Of a stretch of DNA of 64,000 bases, positions 48,400 through 62,891 are shown in pieces. The notes beneath the pieces were generated by a model. The model saw only the letters and a list, made by a program, of their open reading frames with translations, made no database searches and was not told where the DNA came from. Location of the stretch: contig NC_083409.1 in NCBI RefSeq assembly GCF_020745735.1, positions 11,649,052 through 11,713,051 on the forward strand. The letters run 5' to 3'. Positions within the stretch are counted from its first letter, which is position 1. Each line of letters begins with the position of its first letter. Position numbers and translations under genes: made by a program. This DNA comes from Hemiscyllium ocellatum. Its lineage: Eukaryota.

Positions 48400-49625
48400 A
48401 GTGGATAGTTGAGTTTTTGAAGAAATAGATAGATTAAGATAGATCAGTACACATCGTCGACATGGACTTTAGCAAGGCCTTAGACAAGGTTCCCCATTGT
48501 AGACTGCTTAGTAAGATTATATCACAGAGGATCCAGGTAGAGCTAACTAATTAAATATAAAATGGGCCTAATGGTAGGAGGCCGAGGCTGGTGAGAGAGG
48601 GTTGTTCTTCAGACTGGAGGCTAGTGACCAGCTGTCTGCCACAAGAATCGATCCTGGATCCACTGTTGTTCATCATTTATATGAACAATTTGTATGAGAA
48701 AATAGCAGGAATGGTCAGTAAGTTTGTGGCATCGTTAACAGGGAAGAAGGTTATCTAAGAATGCAATGTCATCTTCATCAACTGGACCAGTGGATCAACA
48801 AATCCAGATGGAGTTTAATTTCGATAAATGCAAGGAGTTGCATTTTGGTAAGACCAACCAGGGCAGGAATTACACAATTAATGGTAGAGCCATGGGGAGT
48901 GTTGTTGAACAGAGAGACTGAGGGGTACAGGTGCATAGTTCCTTGAAAGTGGTGTCACAGGTAGACAGGATGGTGAAGAAGGTATTTGGCACGTGCACCT
49001 TCACTGGTCAAAGCAGGGAGTACAGGAGCTGGGACATCATGTTACAGCTGTACAAGGCATTGGTAAGGCCACATTGGACACTGTGTACATTCCTGCTCAC
49101 CCTGCTATAGGAAGGAAGTTATTACACTGGTTTGGATAAAAGAAAGATTAACAGGGATGTTACCAAGGTTGGTGAGTTTGAATTATAAGGCGAGGATGGA
49201 TTGGCCGAGAGATTTTTCCAGTGAATGCAGGAGATTGAGGGGTGACCTTAGACAGGTTTATAGAACCATTAGGGCCATGGATAAGGTGAATAGCCAAAGT
49301 TTTTTTCCCCCCAGGGTAGGAGAGTCCAGTATGAGAAGGAATAGATTTAAGTTGAGAGGGGAAAGAATTAGAAGGGCCTGAGAGACAACCTTTTCACACA
49401 GAGGATGGTGTGTATGTGTAATAAGCTGCCAGAGGAAGTGGTAGAGGTGAGTACAATTACTACATTTCAAGGACATTTTTACAGGAACATGGATAGGAAG
49501 GATTTAGAGAGGATTGGGCCAAACGCATGCAGATGGGACTAGTTCAGTTTTGGAAACTTGGTCGACATGGATGAGTTGAGCTGAAGGGCCTGTTGCCACG
49601 CTGTAAACCTCTATGGCTCTATGAT
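48400..49625 (+). mobile_element. Decayed CR1 RT/3' fragment
   Basis: Nucleotide remnants matching DFSKA.DKVP and conserved CR1 3' terminus. Confidence 0.75.
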
Positions 49626-51192
49626 GATGTAAACATGGGGCACCTTCCCATGGGACCAGTCAACATGGGCCTCCTTCCCATTGTATTGTCCAGTACCTGA
49701 GCTGCAAACCCCACATCTTGTCCATTACGTAGGTCTCTTATTTCAATCTGCACAACATTGTTTGTCTCTGCACTACCTCAGCCTCTTGACCACAGAAACC
49801 CCAATTCCTGCACATCCCACCTCCTGACTCTATGATGTCAATGTCCTCTCCCAGCTTCCTGAAGCCACATTCCATAAACCCCAACTTGTCTGATATGGAG
49901 TGGTCCCTTCCCTGTCTTACAACTACAGTTGTTCCAGAATCTGACCTCACTGCCAGCCAATTGCCTCCATAGCCTCCCTCCTCCCTCACTCTGTGTCCTG
50001 CTGTAGACTCACATTCCCTCCCTCCCCCTTCCACCTTCTGTCTCTGGTCTCCTACCCATTGCTGCTTCCTCCATCCCACCATTGACAGCAGAGCCTTCAG
50101 ACCCCGAGAGTATCCTCTCTGCCTTCCTGCCCTTCATCCCTCCCTCTCTCGTTGTTTGTGCTATTGAATATACTGTTCAGTTCCATCACTTTTGGTTCGC
50201 TGTTCCCTTGCCATTGATTTGCTGATTTATTCTGGTAAATCTAGACTGGTGTGTTCTCTGAGTTGGTTCAAGAGTGTTTTGCTTGAGAAAACACTTCTGT
50301 GAACTGGTTTGTCTGTTTCTTCCAGTCTTTGTGTAAAGGTGAGACTAAGTGTGTAAATGCTGTCATTTCATGGAGCAATCCAGTCAGTCCCACCCCCTCC
50401 CCTACTCGACCCCCAGAGCCTTGCAGGTTTATTTCCATCAAGAGCCCATCCAATCTGCCATTGCAATCACTGAGTGTCTTCACCTGCCTCACCTGAATGG
50501 GCACTAATTTCCAAGTCATTACCAATTGCTGCTAAAAAAAGTTCTTCCTGGCATCCCATATCTCTTGCCCAACAAAATGCAAGGTAATCTCAATGTGAAG
50601 ATGGGATTTTGTCTCCACACGGACTGTGCGGCGGTCACCCTTACTGATACTGTCATGGACAGATACACCAGCAGCAGGCAGGTTGGTGAGGGTGATAGTG
50701 AGTATGTTTTTCCCTCTTGTTGGTTCCCTCACCACCTGCCCCAGGTCCAGTCTAGCAGCTGAATCAGGTGGAACTTGACCAGCTTGCTCAGTAGTGATGC
50801 TTCTGAGCAGGTCTTGATGGTGGACTTTGAAGTCCCTTACTCAGAGTATATCCTGCATCCTTCCCCCCCTCAGTGCTCCCTCCAAGTGTTGTTCAACATG
50901 GAGGAGGACTGACTGCTCAGTTGAGGTTGGAGTGGAGGGCGGTGCTATGTGGTTATCAGCAGGAGGTTTCCTTCCCCATGTTTGACCTGCTGTCATGAGG
51001 CTTCATGGATTCCATAGTTAATGGTGAGGACTCTCAGGGCAACTCCCTTCCGACTGTACACACCACTGTGTTGCCTCCCCTGCTTGGTCTATCTTGCCAG
51101 TTAGAAACTGAATGAGGGAACAATTCTGTGCAGGTTTCACAGCTTGGAGACAGAGCTGCTGCTGGATTCTGTTTCTCATCTCCGAGTGCAGC

Positions 51193-51445
51193 CATGTGTG
51201 TTTGTGAGAGAATGACTGACACTTTTTCCATCACTGTGCTGTTTCTGAAAAGAAAAATCCCAGAACCAGCCTCCTGTGCTGTCAGGTTCCAGGGAGTGCA
51301 GATGGTTCACAGTTTTCTCCCATCTCAGTAACAAACACCCAGCTGCTCCGAGCTCCTTCTTTCACTTCCTCTTTTGGTGAAGTTTCAACCTTGTGCTCTG
51401 ACAGTCTTTGCAGTTATTTTTTACACTGGGGCTTTCTGCTGTGGT
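51193..51445. promoter_or_regulatory. Candidate B-cell enhancer with PU.1/IRF composite element
   Basis: Minus-strand AAAAGAGGAAGTGAAA (51375-51360); E-boxes CATGTG 51193, CAGATG 51299, CAGCTG 51340; RUNX TGTGGT 51440; lies in a non-repeat island. Confidence 0.4.
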
Positions 51446-52189
51446 CAGAATCTCTAATAATAAGTGTCCAATCAGTGACAATCACAGCAGCTAAGAGCAG
51501 TCAGGACTGAGGAGCCAGGCTCACTGTGAAACACATTGGGAAGATCAAAGCCATTCCCTTCAGCTCCTGGTATAAACTCCATCCCTCTCCCTGAGCACTA
51601 TCTGCTGCTCAACCAGACTCTTTACAAACTTGGCCTCATCTTTGGGGCTGATCTGAGCACCATATCCTCCATCCACAAAGATCAGCCACTGAAAATCTCT
51701 GTCATGTCCATGGGACTCCAAACATGACCATGCCAATGTTGTGCTTGCACACATCACAGCCACTGCCCTCCGTAACCTTCAGCTCATCCCAAATTCTGCT
51801 GCCCATATCCAAACTCGCACCAAATCCCATTCCTCCAACCTCCTGCACCCTGTGCCTACATTGGCTCCTGGTCCAGCAACATCTCGATTTTCAAATTCTC
51901 ATCCTTGTTCTCAAGTCCCTCCCTGTCCTCCACTCTCCCTATCTCTGTAACCTCCTCCAAACTGCCTCACTCAGTGTGATCAACAATCTTGGATATATGG
52001 CTGTCTATTCCTTCATCCAAGTCATTTAGAAATATCGTGAAATGCTGAGGTTCCAGCCCAATTCCCTGGGGACACCACTATCCACATTTTGCTCATTGGA
52101 GAGCGCACACATTATCCCTCCTCTCTGTCTCCTACCTCCAAACTAATTTCTGACCAAAGATAAATATTTTTCCCTAACTGGCGAGAATG

Positions 52190-53220
52190 GGAGAAAGCAG
52201 AGGGACATAGTGGAAGGATACTTGTCAGACTGGAGGCCTGAGTCTAGTGGAGTTCCTCAGGATTGATGCTGGGCCCATTACTGTTTGTTATCAATATCAA
52301 TGATTTAGAAAACATTACAATAGCCGGTATTGTGGACAATGAGGAAGGTTATCAGATATTGTAGCAGGACCTTGATCAGCTGTGGAGGTGGGAAAAGAAA
52401 TGATAAATTGAGTTTAATGTAGATAAGTATGAGGTCTTGCATTTTGGAAAGTTAAATCAAGGTAGGAGTTTCATGGTGAATGGTAAGGCCTTAAGGACTG
52501 TAGTGGAACAGTGGGATCTCGGAGTTCAGGTGCACAGTTCTCTGAAAGTTGAGTCACAGTTAGACAGGGCAGTGAAGAAGGCTTTTGGCACACTGGCCGT
52601 CATCAGTCAGGGCACTGGGTGTAGAAGTTGGGAAGTTATGTTTCAATTGTACATGACATTGGTGAGGCTGCACTTGGAGTATTGTGTTCAGTTTTGGTCA
52701 CCTTGTTATATGAAGGATATTATTAAACTGGAAAGAGTGCAGAATAAATTTACAAGGATGTTGCCAGGTTTCAACATCTGAGTTTTTGGGAGAGTTTGGA
52801 CAAGCTAGGACATTTTTCTTAAGAGTGTCGGAGACAAAAGGGGAATCTTTTAGAAGTGTATAAGATCTTGAGAGACATGGATAGGGTGAATGCACTCAGT
52901 CTTTGTCCCAGGGTTGGGGAATCAAGGACTAGAGGGCATCAGTTGAAGGTTAGAATAAACGGGAACCTGAGGGGCAACATTTTTACACAGAGGGTGGTAG
53001 TCGTATGGAATGAGCTGCCAGCTGAAGTGATTGAGGCGGGTACATTAACAACATTTAAAAGGCATTTGGACAAATACATAGATAGTATGCAATTTGAAGG
53101 ATATGGACCAAATGGAGGGAAATGGGGTTAGTGTGGATGGATATTTTGGTCAGCACGGTCCAGTTTGGGCCAAAGGGCCTGTATCTGTGCTGTAGGACTC
53201 GATGACTCTATGACTCTACA
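52190..53220 (+). mobile_element. Decayed CR1 RT/3' fragment
   Basis: ORFs 52437-52781 and 52856-53131; GACTCTAT tail. Confidence 0.8.
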
Positions 53221-53249
53221 ATTCCATATGTTTCTATGTTTATGAACAG

Positions 53250-54480
53250 TCTCTCAAACATAGAAACAGAGGAACTAGGAGCAGGAGGAGGCCATTCAGC
53301 CCTTCGAGTCAGCTCTGCCAGTCAATATGACCATGACTGATCATCCAACTTAGTCTCCTGTTCCCATTTTTTCTCCATAACCTTAATCCCTTTAGTCCTA
53401 AGATCTATACCTGTCGCTTTCTTGAAAACATTTAATGTTTTGAGCTCAACTGCTTTCTGTGACAGAATATTCCACTAGCTTCCCACTCTCTGGCTAAAGA
53501 ACTGTTCCTCATCTCAGTCCAAAATGGCCTTTCCATTTTCTTTAAACTGTAATTCCTGGTTCTGGACTCTCAAGTCATCATGAACATAATTCCTGTATTT
53601 TCTGGTCTTGTTCTGTTAGGATTTTACAGGTTTCAATGTGATTCCTCTCAAATTTCTAAACTCCAGTGAATATAATCCTAACTGATCCAGTTTCTCATCA
53701 GATCTAAGTGCTGTCCTTCCAGGAATCAGTCTGGTAAACCTTCGCTGCCCTCCCTCCACAACCAGAACATCCTTCCTCAGGTAAGGAGACCAAAACTGCA
53801 CACAACAGAAACATAAAATCACACAGTACAGAAGAGGCCCTTCAGCCCATTAACTGTGTACTAGCCAAACTACAGTAAACCTATACCAGTCCCACTTTCC
53901 AACATCAGACCCATAGCTTGAATGTTCTGATATTTCAACTGCTCACCCAACTACTTTTTAAAGTTTGTGAGGTTTCCCACGTCAACTACCCTCCCAGGAT
54001 GTGCGTTCCAGACCCCCACCACCCTCTGGGTAAAAAACACTTTCCTCAAAACATCTTGAAACCTCCTATCTTTGACATTGAATGTGAGCCAACTTGTTCT
54101 TGACCTTCCCAAGAAGGAGAACAGCTGCTTTCTCTCCTCCCTGTCCATTCCCCTCATAACCTTATACACCTCTATCAGGTCCCCCCTCCACCTTCTCTGC
54201 TCTGAAGAAAACAACCCGAGCTGATCCAATTTCTCTTCATCACTGAGATGTTCCATCCCACACAACATCCTGGTGATTCCCCTCTGCACCCCATCCAGTG
54301 CAATCACATCCTTCCTACAGTGTGGTGACCTGAACTGCACACAGTACTCCAGCTGTGGCCTCACCAATGTTCTGCTTAACTGCAACATCTCCTCCTGCTT
54401 TTATAACCGATACCTGACATGACAAAGGCAAGTGTCCCCTGTGCCTTCATAACTGCTCTGTTAACCTGTCTTGCCATTTT
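53250..54480 (-). mobile_element. Two adjacent decayed CR1 3' fragments
   Basis: ORFs 53616-53822 and 53951-54388 both carry the YCVQFWSP-type motif. Confidence 0.75.
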
Positions 54481-54549
54481 CAGGGATCAGTGGAGAAGCA
54501 CCCAAGATCACTCTGTTCCTTTGTGCTTCCTCAGTTCAAAGACCAAAGA

Positions 54550-57500
54550 GCAATGAAAATTACAGCACAAGAACTGGCCCTTCGGCCCTACTAGCCTGCA
54601 CTGGTCCATATCCTCCAACTAAACCTGTCATCAATTTTCCAAGGGTCTGTCTCCCTTTGCTCCCTGCCCATCCATGTATCTATCTAGATATATCTTAAAT
54701 GATGCTATTGTGCCTGCCTCTACCACCTCCACTGGCAACGTGTTCCAGGACCAATCACCCTCTGTGTGAAGAACTTTCCATACATATCTCCTTTCAATGT
54801 TTCCACTCTCACTTTGAACTCATGACCCCTGAGTAATTGAGTCCCCCACTCTGGGAAAAAGCTTCTTGCTATCCACCCTGTCTATACCTCTCATGATTTT
54901 GTAGACCCCAATCAGGTTCCCCCCTCAACGTTCGACTTTCTAATGAAAATAATCCTAATCTACTAAGCCTCTCTTCATAGCTAGTGCCCTCCATACCAGG
55001 CAATCCTGGTGAACCTCCTCTGCACCCTCTCCAAAGCATTCACATCTTTCTGGTAATGTGGCAACCAGAACTGTACACAGTATTCCAAATGTGGCCAAGC
55101 CAAAGGCTGATATAATTCTAATATGACCTTCCAACTCTTTTGCTGAATACCACGTCTGGTGAAAGAAGGTATGCCATATGCCTTCTTGAACACTCTATCG
55201 ATCTGTGTTGTCACCTCCAGGGTACAATGGACCTGAACACCCAGGTCTCTCTGGGCATCAATTTTCCCAGGGTGTTCCATTCACCGTACAGTTTACTCCA
55301 GATTTGGATCTTCCAAATTTCTTCAGATCGCATTTGCCTGGTTGAACTCCATCCATCCGTTTCTCTGCCCAACTCTCCAATCTATGTATATTCTGCTACA
55401 TTCTCTGACAGTCCCCTTCCCTATCTGCTACTCCACCAATCTTAGTGTCATCTGCAAACTTGCTAATCAGACCACCTATACCTTCCTCCAGATCATTTAT
55501 GTCTTTCCAAAACAAGAGCGGTACCAGCACGGATTCCTGTTCTCCATTTTGAGAAACTCCGTCCTTTACTATCGTCTGTCTTCTGTTGCCCAGCCTGTTC
55601 TCTATCCAACTAGTGAGTACACTCTGGACCCCATGCGACTTAAATTTCTTTATCAGGCTGCCATGGGGAACTTTATCAAACGCATTCCTGAAATCCATGT
55701 GTATGACATCCACAGCCCTTCCCTCATCAATCAACTTCATCACTTCTTCAAAAATTCTATAAAGATGGTAAGACATGACATTCCCTGCACAACTTCACGC
55801 TGTCTATAACTAATAAGTCAATTTTCTTCCAAATATAAATAGATCTTATCCCTCAGTATCTTCTCCAGCAGCTTCCCTACCACTACATCAGGCTCACTGG
55901 TTGATAGTTACCTGGATTATACTGGCTACCCTTCTTAAACATTAGTAATTCTCCACTCCTCTGGGACCTCATCCATGTTCAAAGTTGCTACAAAGATATC
56001 GATTAAGGCCCCAGCTATTTCCTCTCTTGCTTCCCTCAGAACCTGGGATCGATCCCATCCCGACCTGGGGACTTGTCCACCTTGATGCCGTTTAAAATAC
56101 CCAAAACTTCCTCCCTCCTTAAACCGACTTGACCCTGAGTAATCAAACATCTATCCCCAACTTCAACATCTGTCATTTCCCTCTCCTTGGTGAATACCGA
56201 CGTAAAGCACTTATTAAGAATCTCATCCATTTTCTCTGACTCCACACATAACTTTCCTCCTTTGTCCTTGAGTGGGCCAACCCTTTCTCTAGTCACCCAC
56301 TTGCTCCTTATATATGAATAAAAGGATTTGGGATTTTCCTTAATCCTGTTTGTTAATGATATTTTGTGACCCCTTTTAGCCCTTTTAATTCCTCACTTCA
56401 GGTTGGTCCTACTTTCACAATATTCTTCCAAAGCTTTGCCTGTTTTCAGCTACCTCGACCATATGTATTCATCCTTTTTCCTCTTAGCTAGTCTCACAAT
56501 TTCATCTGTCATCCAGCGTTTCCTAGTCCTGCCATTTCAATCCCTTATTTTCACAGGGACATGTCTGTCCGGACTCTAGTCAACCTCTCTTTAAAAGCCT
56601 CCCACATATCAAATATGGATTTCCCTTTAAACAGCTACTCCCAATCCACATTCCCCAGCTCCTGCCAAATTTTGCTATAGTTGGCCTTCCCCCAGTTTAG
56701 CCATCTTCCTTTCGGACCACTCTCGTCTTTGTCCAGGAGTATTCTAAAACTTATGGAATTGTGGTCACTGTTACCAAAATAATCCCCTAGTGAAATTTCA
56801 ACCACCTGGCCGGGCTCATTCCCCAATACCTGGCCCCTTCCTGAGTTAGATTATTTCCACATTACTCTGTAAAATCCTCCTGAATGCTCCTTGCAAATTC
56901 TGCTCCATCTAAACTGCTAACATGAAGTGAATCCCAGTCAATGTTGGGAAAATTAAAATTTTCCATCACCCACCACCTTGTTACTCCTACATCTTTCCAT
57001 AATCTGATTACATATTTGTACCTCTATCTCACGTTCACTGTTAGGAGGCTTGTAGGATAGCACCAACATTGTTACTGCACCCTTCCTATTTCTGAGCTCT
57101 GCCCATATTGCCCCACTGCTCGAGTCCTCCATAGTGCCTTCCTTCAGCACACCTGTGATAACCACTCTGACCTGTAATGCAACTCCTCCATCCCTTTTAC
57201 CTCCCTCTCAAACCCATCTGATACATCTGTATCCTGGGATATTTAGTTGCCAATCTTGCCCTTCCCTCAACCACGTCTCAGTAATAGCAATAACATCATA
57301 CTCCCAGATACTATTCCAATCCCAAAATTCCTCTGCCTTACCTACTACACTTCTCACATTAAAACAATACACCTCAGACCATTTGTCCCTTTGCTTTCAT
57401 CATCTGCCCCCAACCTACTCTTAACCTTAGTCACGCTGACTTCAATATCTAGTTCCTGACAGGCTTTAGTTACTCCCTCCTTATTGTCCACTAACTTCCT

Positions 57501-58040
57501 CATTTGGTTCCCATCCCTCTGCTACACTATTTTGAACGTGATCAAACATATCCCACAGGACACTGGTTCCAGTCCTGCCCAGGTGTAGACCACTCGATTT
57601 GTAATTGTCCCACCTCCCCAGGAACCAGTCCCAATGCCCCAAAAATCTGAACCCCTCCCTCCTGCACCATCTCTCAAGCCACGCATTCATCCTGCCTATA
57701 CTTTCATTTTGACTCTGACTAGCACATGGCACTGGGAGCAATCCTGAGATTACTACCTCTGAGATCATACATTTTAATATGGTTCCTAACTCCCTAAATT
57801 CTGCTTGTCCGCCCTCATTCCATTTATTACCGATATCATCGGCGCTTACATGCACCATCACAGCTAGCTGTTCACCTCCCCCTTCAGAATGTCCTGCAGC
57901 TGATCTGAGACATGCCTGAGCCGTACAACTGGGAGGCAACATGCTATTCGTGAGTCTTGTCTTTGACCACAGAACCGCCGATCTACTCCCTTTACAAAGT
58001 CCAAACAAACCATATCCATGGCCCCCCCTTATCAAATCCA
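54550..58040 (-). mobile_element. Long decayed CR1 LINE (ORF1 esterase-like, endonuclease, RT, 3' end)
   Basis: ORF fragments 57481-58041, 56953-57165, 56036-56296, 55396-55776, 54981-55280 are in colinear order. Confidence 0.85.
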
Positions 58041-60995
58041 CTCACTACATCCTCAAACAATTCCAGTCGATTTTTTAAGCATGATTTCCCTTTCAACAAT
58101 TCATGCTTACTATCTCCAGTTCTGTCACTGTTTTCAAAGTGCTAAGCTATCAAATATTTGGAATGAACTTGAGCATTTTCTCCACTGCTGATTTCTGGCT
58201 AATTGGTCTAAAATGTTTTATTTTCCCCCTCTCTATCTCTCTCTCTTTTTCAATAATTGTGTTAAATTAGGTCCCTCCACTCTGTTTGACCTATTCCACA
58301 GTCGACAAACAGATAACCATCAATGTTTCTAATATTTTACAACCCACTTCCTGAAGCACTCCTGAAAATAGATTATTTGGCCCTGCTGATTTAACACACT
58401 TTAATTTTCCCAGAACCATTTTCCTCAACAACTGATTTCCTTCAGCTCCTTCCTCTGATAAAACTCCAAGTTCACCAACATGTCTGAGATTTATTTGAGA
58501 ATTCATTTGTGCAGAAAGATTCAGAATATGTTTATCTGTCATCTCTTTGTTCCAACTATAACATTATAACACTTGTGTGAAGCTTCCTTGAATGTCATCT
58601 GGACGTCCATATAAACAACACATTCCCTTATCTCACACATTAGTGACCTCGTTAAAACATGTAACCAGGTTAGTTAAAAATGTCTGACCCTTTTTAAATC
58701 CATGCTGACTTACTCTGATCTGTTCATATATGTCAGACATTCTGTCTCTAAACCAGCTTCAATTACTTCCCAACAATAGACATTCGACGGAGATGTTCAT
58801 TGTGAGTGAGGTTAGTAAACAGCTAGCACTGACATGACGGGCTGAACAGCCTCCTCCTAGAGTCACAGAGTCAAAGAGATATTCAGCATGGAAACAGACC
58901 CTTCGGTCCAACTTGTCCATGCCGACCAGACATCCCAAACCAATCTAGTCCCACCTGCCAACTCCTGGCCCAGATCCCTCCAAACCCTTCCTATTCATAT
59001 ACCCATCCAGATGCCTTTTAAATGTTGCAATTGTACCAGCATCTACCACTTCCTCTGGCAGCCCCATTCCGCACTCGCACCACCCTGTGCGTGAAAAAGT
59101 TGCTCCTCAATTCTCTTTTATATCTTTCCTCTCTTACCCTAAACCTATGCCCTCTATTACTGGACTCCACCACCCCAGGGAAAAGACTTGGTCTCTTTGC
59201 CCTATCCATGCTCCTCATGATTTTATAAACCTCTGTAAGGTCACTCCTCAGCCTCCGACACTCCAGGGAAAACATCCCCAGCCTATTTAACCTCTCCCTA
59301 TAGCTTAAATTCTCCAACCCTGGTAACATCCTTTTAAATCTTTTCTGAACCCTTTCAAGTTTCACAACATCTTTCTGATAGGAAGGAGACCAGAATTGAA
59401 TGCAATACTCCAAAAGTGGCCTAGGTGACCTCCCAATTCCTATACTCAATAATCTGACCATTAAAGGAAAGCATATCGAATGTCTTCTTCATTATCCTAT
59501 CCACCGACTACTCTACTTTCAAGGAGCTATGAACATGCACTCCAAAGTCTCTTTGTTCAGCAACACTCCCAAGGACCTTACTATTAAGAGTATAAGTGCT
59601 GCTCAGATTTGCTTTCCCAAATGCAGCACCTTACATTTATCTAAATTAAACTCCATCTGCCATTCCTCAGCTCAATGGCCCATTGGATCAAGATCCTGTT
59701 GTAATCTGAGGTAACCTTCTTCACTGTCCACTTCACCCCCAATTTTCGTGTCATTTGCAAACTTACTAACTCTACCGCCTATGTTCATATCCAAATCATT
59801 TATTTAAATGACAAAAAGTAGTTGACTCAGCACCATTCCTTATGACACTCCACTGGCCACAGGCCTCCAATCTGAAAAACATCCCTCCACTACCACCCTC
59901 TGTATTCTACCTTTGAGCCAGTTCTGTATCCAAATGGCTAGTTCTCCTGTATTCCATGAGATCTAACCTTGCTAACCTATCTCCCATGGGGAACCTTGTC
60001 GAATGCCTTACTGAAGTCCATTCAGATCCTGTCTAAGGCTCTGCCCTTATCAATTCTTTCTGTTACTTCTTCAAAAGATTCATTCAAGTTTGTGAGACAT
60101 GATTTCCCACACACAAAACCATGCTGCCCAACCCTAATCAGTCTTTGCCTTTCCAAATGTATGGACAATTTGTCCCTCAGGATTCCTTCCAAGAACTTCC
60201 TCACAATCGACGTCTGGCTCATTGGTCTACAATTCCCTGACTTGTCCTTACCACCTTTCTTAAATAGTGGCACCAATTAGTGAACCTCCAGTCTTCTGGC
60301 ACATCATCTGTGACTATTGAGGATACAAATATCACAGTATGATGCCCAGCAATCACTTCCCTAGCTTCCCACAGAGTCCTAGGGTACACCTAATTAGGTC
60401 CTGGGGATTTATCCACTTTTATGCATTTCAAGACATCTAGCATCTCCTCGTCTGAAATAAGAACATTTTTCAAGATGTCACCATCCATTACCCTACGTTC
60501 TATAATCTTCAATATCCTTCTCCACCGTTAAACTGAAGCAAAATACTCGTTTGGTATCTGCCCCATCTCGTGCGGCTCCACACAAAGGTCGCCTTTCTGA
60601 TCTTTGAGGGGCCCTATTCTCTCCTTAGTTACCCTCTTGTCCTTAATGTATTCGTAAAACCCCTCTGGATTCTCCTTAACCTTATTTGTCAAAACTTTCT
60701 CATGTCCCCTTGTTGCCCTCCTGATTTCCCTCTTAAGAATACTCCTACTGCCTTTGTATGCCTCTAAGGATTCACTCGATCTATCCTGTCAATACCTGAC
60801 ATATGCTCCATTCTTTTTCTTAACCAAACCCTCAATGTTTCTTGTCATCCAATATTCCCTACACCTACCAGCCTTTCCTTTCACCCTAACTAAAATATAC
60901 TTTCTCTGGACTCAAGTTATATCATTTCTGAAGGCTTCTCATTTTCCAGCTGTCCCTTTACCTGTGAGCAACTTCCCCCAATCAGCTTTTCAGAG

Positions 60996-61320
60996 TTTTA
61001 GATTAGATTGCTTAGTGTGGAAACAGGCCCTTCAGCCCAACAAGTCCAGACGGACCCTCCGAAGAGCAACCCACCCAGACCCATTCCCCTATGTTTACCG
61101 CTTCACCTAACACTATGGACAATTTAGCATGGCCAATTCACCTACCAATTCACCTAACCTGCACTTTTTTAGACTGTGGGAGGAAACCGGAGCACCCGTA
61201 GGAAACCCACGCTGACATGGGGAGTATGTGCAAACTGCACACAGACAGTTGCCTGAGGTGGGAATTGAACCCGGGGCTCTGGCACTGTGAGGCAGCAGTG
61301 TTAACCACTGTGCCACCGTG
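60996..61320 (-). mobile_element. V-SINE (HE1-like) inserted in a CR1
   Basis: Reverse complement matches 27166-27475. Confidence 0.88.
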
Positions 61321-62242
61321 CCTGATACTGGCAAAATTAGCCTTCCTCCAATTTAGAACTTCAACTTCTGGATCTGGTCTATCCTTTTCCATCACTATTT
61401 TAAAATGAATAGAATTATGCTCGCTGAGCAAAAGTGCTCCTCCACTTGCACCTCAGTCACCTGCCCTGCATTATTTCCCAAGAGAAGGTCGAGTTCTGCA
61501 CCTTCTCTAGTAGGTACATCCACATACTGAATCAGAAAATTGTCTTGTACACACTTAACAAATTCCTCTCCATCTAAATCCTTAACACTATGGCAGTCCC
61601 AGTCTATGTTTGGAAAGTTAAAATCCCCTACTATAACCACCCCATTATTCTTACTGATAACTGAAATCTCCTTAAAAATTTATTTCTCAATTTCCCGCTG
61701 ACTACTGGAGGGGGGCTATAGTATAATCCCAAGAAGGTGATTATCCCCTTCTTTTTTCTCAGTTCCACCCAAATAATTTCCCTGGATGTATTTCTGGGAA
61801 TATCCTCCCTAAGTACAGCTGTAATGTTATCCCTTATCAAAAATGCCACTCCCCCTCCTCTCTGGCCTCCCTTTCTGTCCTTCCTATAGCATTTGTATCC
61901 TAGAACATGAAACAGCCAGTCCTGTCCATCCCTGAGCCATGTTTCTGTAATTGCCATGCTATCCCAGTCCCACGTTCCTAACCATGCCCTATGTTCATCT
62001 TCCTTCCCTGTTAGGCCTCTTGCATTTGTTCCCGCCTGCCCTGACTCTTTGACTTGCCTTTGTTCTCAACTATACCAATCTCAGATTGAAATATTTCCTC
62101 ACTATCTCCCTGGGTCCCTCCCACCCATCTTACTAGTTTAAATCCTCCCAAGCAGCTCTAGCAAACTCCCTGCCAGTATATTAATCCCCTTCCAATTTAG
62201 GTGCAATCCGTCCTTCTTGTACAGGTCACTTCTACCTCAAAT

Positions 62243-62891
62243 TTGCCACCCAGGTAAATAGTGCTGTGAGGAAGGCATATGGTGTACTGGGCTTTATTGG
62301 TAGAGGAATTGAGTTCCGGAGTCCTGAGGTCATGTTGCAGTTGTGTAAGACTCTGGTGTGGCCTCATCTGGAGTATTGTGTGCAGTTTTGGTCGCCATAC
62401 TATAGGAAGGATGTGGAGGCATTGGAACGAGTGCAGAGGAGGTTTACCAGGATGTTGCCTGGCATGGTAGGAAGATCATATGAGGAAAGGCTGAGGCACT
62501 TGGGCCTGTTCTCATTGGAGAAAAGAAGGTTTAGGGGAGATTTGATAGAGGTGTATAAGATGATTCGGGGTTTAGATAGGGTAGACACTGAGAACCTTTT
62601 ACCGCTAATGGAGTCAGCTGTTACTAGGGGACACAGCTTTAAATTAAGGGGTGGTAGGTATAGGACAGATGTTAGGGGTAGATTCTTTACGCAGCGGGTT
62701 GTGAGTTCATGGATGCCCTGCCAGTAGCAGTGGTGAACTCTCCTCTTTATGGTCATTTAAGCGGGCATTGGATAGGCATATGGAAGTTATTGGGCTAGTG
62801 TAGGTTAGGTAGGATTTTGGTCGGCGCAACATCGAGGCCGAAGGGCCTGTACTGCGCTGTATTTTTCTATGTTCTATGTTCTATGTTCTAT
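62243..62891 (+). mobile_element. Young CR1 3' fragment, same subfamily as 16544-18160
   Basis: Roughly 20 differences over ~640 nt vs 17517-18160; same (TTCTATG)n tail. Confidence 0.93.
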
